Origin: Candidatus Latescibacterota bacterium
GTDB taxonomy: Bacteria > Latescibacterota > UBA2968 > UBA8231
NCBI GenBank assembly: GCA_965208105.1
Contig: OZ242318.1
Location: 1,088,001 to 1,152,000 of the forward strand
Direction of reading: 5' to 3'
DNA: 64,000 nucleotides
The notes below the pieces were generated by a model, which ran no database searches, had not been told where the DNA came from, and saw only the letters and a list, made by a program, of their open reading frames with translations. Made by a program: the position numbers and the translations under genes. Every line of letters begins with the position of its first letter. Position 1 is the stretch's first letter. This document shows, one piece after another, positions 50,301-58,115 of the stretch.

Positions 50301-52155
50301 GGTAATACGGTTGTTTCAATCCGCTCCCCTCACCGAAGCAAGGGGAGATCAACAAAGTGGGGCACATCCTCGATACGCAGCCCTGTTTCAATCCGCTCCC
50401 CTCACCGAAGCAAGGGGAGATTTCTGATGGCGTCGATTATTTTGCCTGATTCTCTGGACAGTTTCAATCCGCTCCCCTCACCGAAGCAAGGGGAGATTCT
50501 TGCCGATTATCCTGGACGAGAGCGAAGCAAAGGTTTCAATCCGCTCCCCTCACCGAAGCAAGGGGAGATATCTCTCTTTGACTGTGGCTTTTTTGCCTGT
50601 CCTGTTTCAATCCGCTCCCCTCACCGAAGCAAGGGGAGATTTATCTACGATCTGGCGGGCGGGTCGGATGCAGCGGTTTCAATCCGCTCCCCTCACCGAA
50701 GCAAGGGGAGATTGGTTTGTTGTGCCTTGCATGGTTCCAATTTATAGAGTTTCAATCCGCTCCCCTCACCGAAGCAAGGGGAGATCAGGCAACCTAAATC
50801 TGACATTCACCGTATACGAGTGTTTCAATCCGCTCCCCTCACCGAAGCAAGGGGAGATCCGCCCGGATTGCTCCAGGCGGTCCTTAATCAGCTGTTTCAA
50901 TCCGCTCCCCTCACCGAAGCAAGGGGAGATGACCTCCCTACGGACCATTTCAAACGCTTGGGTAAGTTTCAATCCGCTCCCCTCACCGAAGCAAGGGGAG
51001 ATCTTTTTGGGCTGATACAGCAACGTGCACGGCAACGTTTCAATCCGCTCCCCTCACCGAAGCAAGGGGAGATGGGTATATCCCAAAGAGCTGAGAGCGT
51101 GGGTTTACGTTTCAATCCGCTCCCCTCACCGAAGCAAGGGGAGATCAGAGCAACAAAGTCACCGAATAGCAATATACCCGGTTTCAATCCGCTCCCCTCA
51201 CCGAAGCAAGGGGAGATCTCCCGGCGGATCATTACAACAGCTCGGATCGCCACGTTTCAATCCGCTCCCCTCACCGAAGCAAGGGGAGATAATGGGAATG
51301 CCCCGCCAAAGTTCCATTTCATACGTTTCAATCCGCTCCCCTCACCGAAGCAAGGGGAGATTTCTCCGCCTCGGCCCTGTCGATTACTCCATACCTGTTT
51401 CAATCCGCTCCCCTCACCGAAGCAAGGGGAGATCCAGCTTCTGAGCGGCACCCATACGACCATAAGAGTTTCAATCCGCTCCCCTCACCGAAGCAAGGGG
51501 AGATGTCGGTGATTTCACTCGTTTGACTCCAGTCTTTGGTTTCAATCCGCTCCCCTCACCGAAGCAAGGGGAGATCAGCGGCGGCGGCGGTTGACAAGTG
51601 GGTCGATCGTGTGTTTCAATCCGCTCCCCTCACCGAAGCAAGGGGAGATGCAATATGGACTGCCGAATCCTGGGAAACCTCGGCGTTTCAATCCGCTCCC
51701 CTCACCGAAGCAAGGGGAGATGTATGTGCTGGATAATGATTTCGCGGTGTTTGAAGTTTCAATCCGCTCCCCTCACCGAAGCAAGGGGAGATCGACTAGC
51801 TTGGTAGTCTGTTCAGCCAGCAATCCGTTTCAATCCGCTCCCCTCACCGAAGCAAGGGGAGATCTCTGAGTTCTCTTGCGTCTGTAAGAGCATCTTCGTT
51901 TCAATCCGCTCCCCTCACCGAAGCAAGGGGAGATTCCCTTGAGGAGACCTCCCCCCCACCAATGCCACGTTTCAATCCGCTCCCCTCACCGAAGCAAGGG
52001 GAGATCTATTCAAATCGCTCCTTCCTATGCAGATTACTCTAGTTTCAATCCGCTCCCCTCACCGAAGCAAGGGGAGATAGCGCATTGGGTTAATGCGCGG
52101 TGATCAAGGCTGAGATCTGTTTCAATCCGCTCCCCTCACCGAAGCAAGGGGAGAT
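47363..52155 (-). CRISPR. Type I-C CRISPR array, 67 repeats and 66 spacers of about 34-40 nt
   Basis: 37-bp repeat, minus strand ATCTCCCCTTGCTTCGGTGAGGGGAGCGGATTGAAAC (10-bp stem, UUCG loop); one variant repeat at 47434 near the trailer end; leader on the cas2 side. Confidence 0.99.
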
Positions 52156-52335
52156 ACCGGTTGTCGTAACCGGTGTAATACCAAAAGGTTATACAAGGGG
52201 ATGCGCGAACCTCCTTCAATCAGCATCCCACTGCCAAAACGAGGGCATATTCCTCGTTGTAATTTGTTATAAGCCATAAAGTTGTCCACCGCGCGAAAGC
52301 AAGGGCAAAACGCCGTTACTTTACGTTCGCGCACG
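52156..52335 (-). promoter_or_regulatory. CRISPR leader
   Basis: AT-richer non-coding stretch between cas2 and the first repeat; inverted pair TGCGCGAAC (52202) / GTTCGCGCA (52325) plus GCGCGAA at 52291, as often seen in I-C leaders. Confidence 0.85.
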
Positions 52336-52626
52336 CTATAAGACCAGTGGCTCATTCAGATCCACGGGTTCACCGAGCCCGTGATGCTCCGTCTTGTCTC
52401 TGGCATCTTCGTCCAGGTGATAAAACCTGAGCGAATCCTGTTTTGGATCCATTTCCTTCAGCAGACGACTCCTGAGCGCTGCCCATTGGGTCTTTCCCAG
52501 GCGACATTCAAAGAGCGATTTCTGAACCCGGATACCGTAATCCTTACAGGCTCTTGCTACCTTGCGCAGGCGCCGTTGGCCAGCTCGATCTATCGTTGAA
52601 ACATCGTAAGCGATCAGGATGAACAT
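52336..52626 (-). CDS. cas2: CRISPR-associated Cas2
   Basis: ILIAYDV, RRLRKVARAC..YG.RVQKSLFEC, DSLRFY. Confidence 0.97.
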   Translation of the reverse strand: MFILIAYDVSTIDRAGQRRLRKVARACKDYGIRVQKSLFECRLGKTQWAALRSRLLKEMDPKQDSLRFYHLDEDARDKTEHHGLGEPVDLNEPLVL

Positions 52627-53687
52627 TATTTCGGAATGAAGGGAATGTAGTCAGGGACATCGCCGCGCAGCTTGCGGGCCAATAACTTGGCCTGGATGCT
52701 GAACACTTGACCTAAACAAATATTCTCCTTGAACAGGGCGTGCTTTATTTCCGTTTGCTTGCGCCGTTGCCAAGCCTGGATGACCTCTTTCCTGCCCTTT
52801 TCGGTAAATTCTACAGCGCCACCCTCTCGTTCGCGAAAGTGCCCGGACTCGATCTGCCTGCGATTGATCAAGGTCAATGCCAACCGCTCTGCCAAACAGG
52901 GCCGGAACTCTTCCATCAGATCCAAGGCGCAAGCCGGCCTGCCCGGGCGCGTTGCATGAAGCCAGCCGACATAGGGATCCAGTCCGGCGGTTGTCAAAGC
53001 CGCCAGGCAATCGTGGCGGATCAAGGCATAAATGAAGGAGAGCAGGCAGTTTATCTGGTCCCGGGGCGGACGACGGGTACGGGTCACAAATCTGAAATCT
53101 TCCCGTTGCTGTTTGAGCATGTATTGGAACACCGAGAAATACACTTTGGCTCCCATTCCCTCCAGGCCCCTGATCGGGTCCAGGGCCTCCCGAACCCCGC
53201 AATCCGGGGCAACGGGCTCAGCATTGCCGAGTTGGTGGATCAGTTGCACCAATTCATCTGCCGCACCCGCCAATGCCGTGCGGTCTGCATCATCCTCGGC
53301 TTCCCGGCCGGCTCGTAAAAGATTGGATCGCGCATTTTGCAGCTTCCCGGCCACAAACTGCCGGGCAATGCCAGCCGCATCCTGTGAGCTGTCCGCCGCC
53401 GCGTACTGAGCCCGGCGCAGCAAGTAGCGGGTGTCTCCGCTTCCCAGGACCTGCGCCAGCAAGTAGCCGTTTTCCGTGTGGTAATGCACCGCTACCTGAT
53501 GCTCCCAGCAAAAGGCCATGGCCTGAGGCGTAACCACGACCCGGCCAAACGCGCAAATGCTTTCCAAATGATGAATTGGCACGGTCAGGCGGGTTTGTTT
53601 TTCGATCACGACCCGAAGCGTCAAGTGATCTCTGTGTACTACAGTACCCGGTGTCGTCAAGTAGAGAATGTTTTGGACGACGGCCAT
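52626..53687 (-). CDS. cas1: CRISPR-associated Cas1, type I-C
   Basis: NILYLTT, RGLEG, RTRRPPRD.INCLLSF.Y, GLDPYVG.LH, LDLMEEFR. Confidence 0.97.
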   Translation of the reverse strand: MAVVQNILYLTTPGTVVHRDHLTLRVVIEKQTRLTVPIHHLESICAFGRVVVTPQAMAFCWEHQVAVHYHTENGYLLAQVLGSGDTRYLLRRAQYAAADSSQDAAGIARQFVAGKLQNARSNLLRAGREAEDDADRTALAGAADELVQLIHQLGNAEPVAPDCGVREALDPIRGLEGMGAKVYFSVFQYMLKQQREDFRFVTRTRRPPRDQINCLLSFIYALIRHDCLAALTTAGLDPYVGWLHATRPGRPACALDLMEEFRPCLAERLALTLINRRQIESGHFREREGGAVEFTEKGRKEVIQAWQRRKQTEIKHALFKENICLGQVFSIQAKLLARKLRGDVPDYIPFIPK

Positions 53688-53723
53688 GTTTCAACCCGTT
53701 TCTTTACTGAAGTAGTGAGCACC
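53688..53723 (-). repeat. Degenerate CRISPR-repeat-like element (psiR3) abutting the cas1 ATG
   Basis: Plus strand GTTTCAACCCGTTTCTTTACTGAAGTAG aligns to the repeat GTTTCAATCCGCTCCCCTCACCGAAGCAA with one gap and mainly C-to-T changes; contains the cas4 stop. Confidence 0.65.
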
Positions 53724-54425
53724 CTGGTCGCTGGTATCGAACACTGCCCGATAGGCCCGCACCAGCGTAGGCGGGACACTGGTGACTTCGGGTAGGCAAT
53801 GGTCAAAAAGTGAGCACTCGGAGCATTGGGGTTTGTGGACGGCTTGAGGTACCACTTCCTCTTCGATCAGCCGGTGCATGGCTTCGATGGCCTGTTCGGT
53901 GAGGCGGCGCAAATCCTCGGTAAATTCCACCTCTCGGCGGCGCTTGCTCTTGGCGTGGAAGATCGCCCCCTTGGGAATGTCCAGTCCGAACATTTCTTCG
54001 AGGCACAACGCTTGGGCGCAAAGCTGAGCGTCGTCGTTGTCGAATTTGCGGCGTTTGCCCTTTTTGTATTCAACTGGATAGACGCTTTCAACATTATCCG
54101 GCAAATATCGGGATATTTTTCGCTTAGAAGGGCGTTTTAGTTTCACCTCAACAATATCGCATTTTCCAGAAAGGCCCAACCTTTGGGACCATACCGGCAA
54201 CGCCCGAAGCACTTCTGAATCTACCGCCTTCTCGTACCCTGGAATATCGGCTTGCTCGTGAAATTGACTACCGATCAGTGTGTGCTCATTGTCGGTAAAA
54301 GTGCCCTCGACATGAATCAAGGCCGCCCGCCGTGGGCAATAGAGGTACTGGTTGATAGCGGAAAGCGCGATGATCCGCTCCCCGCTATCGAATGGGTGGA
54401 TCGGTTGGGTAGTCAATTCACTCAT
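53691..54425 (-). CDS. cas4: CRISPR-associated Cas4
   Basis: LSAINQYLYCPR, GKCDIVE, PVEYKKG, QLCAQALCLEEM, CSECSLFDHCLP. Confidence 0.96.
   Translation of the reverse strand: MSELTTQPIHPFDSGERIIALSAINQYLYCPRRAALIHVEGTFTDNEHTLIGSQFHEQADIPGYEKAVDSEVLRALPVWSQRLGLSGKCDIVEVKLKRPSKRKISRYLPDNVESVYPVEYKKGKRRKFDNDDAQLCAQALCLEEMFGLDIPKGAIFHAKSKRRREVEFTEDLRRLTEQAIEAMHRLIEEEVVPQAVHKPQCSECSLFDHCLPEVTSVPPTLVRAYRAVFDTSDQGAHYFSKETG
54367..54401 (-). repeat. Degenerate CRISPR-repeat-like element (psiR2) inside the cas4 5' coding region
   Basis: Minus strand ATCCACCCATTCGATAGCGGGGAGCGGATCATCGC shares ATC, TTCG and an exact 11-mer GGGGAGCGGAT with the repeat; 24 nt downstream of psiR1. Confidence 0.55.
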
Positions 54426-54461
54426 GTTTCAATCCGCTCCTCCGCCGAAGTGAGAGGAGGC
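54426..54461 (-). repeat. Solitary CRISPR-repeat-like element (psiR1) between cas7 and cas4
   Basis: Minus strand GCCTCCTCTCACTTCGGCGGAGGAGCGGATTGAAAC: last 15 nt identical to the repeat, TTCG loop kept, compensatory stem change; directly followed by the cas4 ATG. Confidence 0.92.
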
Positions 54462-54474
54462 ATATACGTGAAAC

Positions 54475-55428
54475 TCACTCATGACGCCTGTGTAGGCGAA
54501 CGCCTCCGGGCAGCTCAGCACTGTCCCACCCGCAGCTAATCTCATAATCGGCAAAGGATTGGGGAAATTCTACGCTGTCCTTCAGTTTCACCTCGATTCC
54601 CTCAAAGAGCTTGTGAGCATGGGCGCAGCCGAGACGGGCTTCGCGTTTGTTTTGTTCGGCGTTATTCTCATGCTGAGTACCGACATGCTCAAAGTCGTAA
54701 ATCCCTCGCACCACCATTTCCCCGCGGGCAGCAGAGCGGTCGTGCTCAAACATGTGGTTGAGCGCATCGAAAAGGACTTCAAGGTCAGTGCTGGTGAAAC
54801 CTGTGCGCTCGGCGAAAGCAGGCGAGACATAAACCTTGGCAGCGTAGAGAGCGTATGGGACGATGTGCTTATTGCCCATGGTACGTTCTTTGTCGGCATC
54901 TTCCTCTTTGGTGACAGCTCCGCGAGTGATGGAGATTTCCAATGGCGTGATAGAATGGTAAGACTGGCCGAAGGTGAATTGCACCGGGCCCCGCACTTGT
55001 CCCCAAGCGGAACCTTTCATGATGTCGTCGCCGGTAGAGAGTACACCGCCGAATGTTCGCACGTCAAAGAATTCACGACACAGCCATTTCATGGCCGCTT
55101 CTTGCTTTTGGTCTTTGGAAGCTCCCGAGGCTAAACTCTCGCCGCTTTTTTCTATGCCGTTATTGATCTCGTTGTTGAGTACGGCACCCTGCCTGATGAG
55201 CAGGTTATAGCCATTACCATCGTCGCCAGTGCGCTCGGGCGGGAATGTTTCCACAAAGTTGCGCACCTTGCGCTTGAGACACACGTCGGAAACGATACCC
55301 CGATTGGTGTTGTGGTCTTGACGCGGCATGTTGCCAGCATCAGGATCGCCATTGGGATTTCCATTGGTGACCTCGAAGAGCAGCAAAACATCGTGCCGAT
55401 TGGTGAGAATATCGTTGTTCTGATTCAT
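54475..55428 (-). CDS. cas7: Cas7c (Csd2)
   Basis: NGNPNGDPDAGNMPR, SDVCLKRKVRN, FDVRTFG, GQVRGPVQF, TMGNKHIVPY, EHDRSAARG. Confidence 0.97.
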   Translation of the reverse strand: MNQNNDILTNRHDVLLLFEVTNGNPNGDPDAGNMPRQDHNTNRGIVSDVCLKRKVRNFVETFPPERTGDDGNGYNLLIRQGAVLNNEINNGIEKSGESLASGASKDQKQEAAMKWLCREFFDVRTFGGVLSTGDDIMKGSAWGQVRGPVQFTFGQSYHSITPLEISITRGAVTKEEDADKERTMGNKHIVPYALYAAKVYVSPAFAERTGFTSTDLEVLFDALNHMFEHDRSAARGEMVVRGIYDFEHVGTQHENNAEQNKREARLGCAHAHKLFEGIEVKLKDSVEFPQSFADYEISCGWDSAELPGGVRLHRRHE

Positions 55429-55455
55429 TGATGAGCCCTTTCTGTGAAAAATTTA

Positions 55456-55866
55456 TTAGTTGCTTTCCTTTTCTTCTTTTGCTGCTTCGCGGGCGACGCG
55501 GTCGGCGGCCTTTTGCTGGTAAAAGCCGAGGGCAAAGCGCCCCTGTGCATGCAAATCCAGTGTACGGGGAAATGGGTAGATTTTAGTTGACACTTCTTGA
55601 ATAGCCTTGTCCAAAGAGCGGTCATGTCCTTTGTACTTATCGGACTTACGGATATTGTTGAGATGGTGGCGGTTGAGCTTGAGGAGGACGGGGAACACTG
55701 AGGCTGGCGAGGCCATGGCAGTGCCAAAATAACGCTCGGCAACACCGGCTCCTTCGAGTTGATAATCATGTGCCTTGGCTTGGGCCTCGGCGAGTACAGC
55801 GAGTAGCCGTCCGCATTGATAGGCGGCATCTTCCGCCTTTGCATCCTGTTGTTCAGTAATTTCCAT
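55456..55866 (-). CDS. cas11: Probable internally translated Cas11c small subunit (136 aa)
   Basis: In-frame ATG (MEITEQQ) preceded by AAGGAAAAGATC just before the AYQCGRLLA domain, matching the known I-C arrangement. Confidence 0.7.
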   Translation of the reverse strand: MEITEQQDAKAEDAAYQCGRLLAVLAEAQAKAHDYQLEGAGVAERYFGTAMASPASVFPVLLKLNRHHLNNIRKSDKYKGHDRSLDKAIQEVSTKIYPFPRTLDLHAQGRFALGFYQQKAADRVAREAAKEEKESN

Positions 55867-57300
55867 GATCTTTTCCTTTCGATTCCGATTGAGAATGAGC
55901 TTCGCCAAGGCGAACCGTGAATGGTTCAACAATGCCGTGCTTCCATCGCGTGCCATATCAACCCGCAGGCGGTTCAACATGGGATGCAAAAAAGCCAGTG
56001 AGGGCGCGGTTCCTTCCAGCGCGGCACGAAACAACTGGGCGGTCACTTCCGTCTGCAAATCTTTTGCGTCGCGTACTGTAGTGCAAGCCAGTCGGAACAA
56101 AGCTAATGGCGGCATTTTTTCTTTGCCAGTAGGCAGACGCACCGGTTCCAGATCGAGATCGCGGAACCAGTGTTGCAGGTTTTCTGTGGCGGTTTCCAGT
56201 GTAGTCTGCATCCAGTGGCGCACGACAATCCGGCCACTATTGCCGGCGAGAGTGACGGCATGGAATTGCTCTTGCCGTAGTGCCTCGCGTTCCCGTCCAG
56301 CCCACGGAGACTTCAAAAAATTCGCCACTGCTATGGGATCGGCTTGGTTGAGCAAAGCCCCAAAAGTGCTGGTGGCGTCCGTTTCATTACGGGTCCAAAA
56401 ACAGCAAGATGCCTGCCCTAAGCGGACAGAATGATCTTCGCGGTCGAGCATTGCGTTGAGCGCGGTGCAATAGGCAGTAGCTGCTCGGGTGGAGGTAGAA
56501 GCGTTGAGACTTTGCTCAAAACCGTAGGAGGCGAAGGCATCCTTATCAAACGAGACAATCGCCGCGCCAAAGGCTTGAGTGTTGGGCACTCTTTGGATTT
56601 TAGGATTGTGAGTCAGCGCAATAGGCTGATCGCTCTTCCCAGTGACCAAGCAGAGTCCGTGAGGCGCATCTGCTTCGTGGTCTTGATTTTCTTGCTCGAA
56701 TTGACTACGCCAAAAGGGTCGGATGTGAATCTCATCCTCCAGCAGCAATTGTTCTTCTACGCGGAATGAGAAGTTGTCCGGCCCTAGCTTGACCTCTCCA
56801 CCGTCGGCTTTAGTGATCCACCAAGCAGGTCTTTCTTTGGGCTTGGGGTCGGAACTGATTCCCCAACGCAAAAAGGATGGCATCTGCCCCGGCTCAGGCT
56901 TGAAAGCCAACAGGGTCTTGAGCACCGGGCTGAGTGTTTTCTCGTGGGCCTGTTTAATCTGTGTCCAAAAGTCATCGTATTTACGGAGGTTGTTCTCATT
57001 CCGGTCCTTCCGCTTCTTTTCAGACATAGGTCGTTCCGGGTTCGTGTCCAATCCGAACACGGCTGTAATACTGTCCGCCATGAACTCGGCCACCCCACCA
57101 GCCACCTTGGGTCGAGTTGTCTGTGGGCAATCGAACTCCTTACCTCGGTTCCTTTCCCCCTCGGTCTCCACCGGCCCCTGCCCCACGAGATTGCCCGTCG
57201 TGTCCAAAGTAATGATCCATCGCACCGCCTTGGGTTTGAATCCTAGGTTATTAAGGAGTTCTCGAGAGATTGCAAAATCGTTCAAATATTGCAGCAGCAT
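55456..57300 (-). CDS. cas8c: Cas8c (Csd1)
   Basis: MLLQYL, CLVTG, IVSF..DAFASYG, NSGRIVVR, AY.CGRLLA, QGRFALGFYQQ. Confidence 0.93.
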   Translation of the reverse strand: MLLQYLNDFAISRELLNNLGFKPKAVRWIITLDTTGNLVGQGPVETEGERNRGKEFDCPQTTRPKVAGGVAEFMADSITAVFGLDTNPERPMSEKKRKDRNENNLRKYDDFWTQIKQAHEKTLSPVLKTLLAFKPEPGQMPSFLRWGISSDPKPKERPAWWITKADGGEVKLGPDNFSFRVEEQLLLEDEIHIRPFWRSQFEQENQDHEADAPHGLCLVTGKSDQPIALTHNPKIQRVPNTQAFGAAIVSFDKDAFASYGFEQSLNASTSTRAATAYCTALNAMLDREDHSVRLGQASCCFWTRNETDATSTFGALLNQADPIAVANFLKSPWAGREREALRQEQFHAVTLAGNSGRIVVRHWMQTTLETATENLQHWFRDLDLEPVRLPTGKEKMPPLALFRLACTTVRDAKDLQTEVTAQLFRAALEGTAPSLAFLHPMLNRLRVDMARDGSTALLNHSRFALAKLILNRNRKEKIMEITEQQDAKAEDAAYQCGRLLAVLAEAQAKAHDYQLEGAGVAERYFGTAMASPASVFPVLLKLNRHHLNNIRKSDKYKGHDRSLDKAIQEVSTKIYPFPRTLDLHAQGRFALGFYQQKAADRVAREAAKEEKESN

Positions 57301-57302
57301 TA

Positions 57303-58115
57303 TCAGATTCCCTTGGGTTCGAGAATTTCAACTTCATCGGGATGGCAAGATAAGGTGGAATCCTCAATCTTGGCGCGGAAAAAACAGGCCCTAGGTTTAG
57401 CCAATTCACCGACGAAACGCGGAGTACTTTTCTTGGGTTTGTCCCCCAATTCATCGGGACGTTTCCAGCGAAAACCCTGAGCGCGGGCCGTGGGCGAAAA
57501 AACGTCGTAGAGCATCAAACCCAAATCCTCCACGGGCTGTCGCCAACTGTCACCCAATTCAGTGACTCGCTCTTCCAGAGCGGCTTGGGGGTCATCAACC
57601 CACTCGAAATCCGCCGCGAATTCACGCATACCCAAGGCAGGCCGATGGAAGCACTTGCCCTGCTGAGCGCGACGCTTGAATTCAGCGAAATACTTCACCA
57701 GTGTATCGTTTGGGTGATTCGCCAACGGCGTGGTACGCAGTTCGGCGCTGATGATGTATTCTACCTCTTGCAGGGCTAACATGTTGCGCTGAGTGCCGTC
57801 AGGTGCGCCTCCGCCAGCTTCAATGGGCGATACCTTTTCCGGCTGCCTCATCCATTGGCTGACGTTGCGTAGGCTGATGACCGATTGCACTTCATTGCGC
57901 CGAATCGAGGCCCACCGGCCTCGCTGAACCACCCGGATGGCAGCAACGCAATAGCAAACTTGGGGTTCCCAAAACACGGCTTCCAAAATGCCCCGTGCGG
58001 CAGAGGGCGTCATCACCGGATAGCTGACGCGCTCCACTTTCATTTCGGGACGGGTGAAACAGGCCCAATCGCCCCATACTCTCAGGTGTACATGAAAATT
58101 TTTATTATTTTTCAT
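57303..58115 (-). CDS. cas5: Cas5c (Cas5d), crRNA-processing subunit
   Basis: VWGDWACFTRPEMKVERVSYPVMTPSAARGILEA, RRNEV, CFHRPALGMREF, DLGLMLYD. Confidence 0.97.
   Translation of the reverse strand: MKNNKNFHVHLRVWGDWACFTRPEMKVERVSYPVMTPSAARGILEAVFWEPQVCYCVAAIRVVQRGRWASIRRNEVQSVISLRNVSQWMRQPEKVSPIEAGGGAPDGTQRNMLALQEVEYIISAELRTTPLANHPNDTLVKYFAEFKRRAQQGKCFHRPALGMREFAADFEWVDDPQAALEERVTELGDSWRQPVEDLGLMLYDVFSPTARAQGFRWKRPDELGDKPKKSTPRFVGELAKPRACFFRAKIEDSTLSCHPDEVEILEPKGI

Noticed and set aside
47363-52155. Self-targeting spacers
   Set aside because: None noticed by eye within the window; not exhaustive and needs a computed search
47361-52355. Many ORFs across the CRISPR array (FQSAPLTEARGD repeats)
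   Set aside because: Translations of repeats and spacers, not genes
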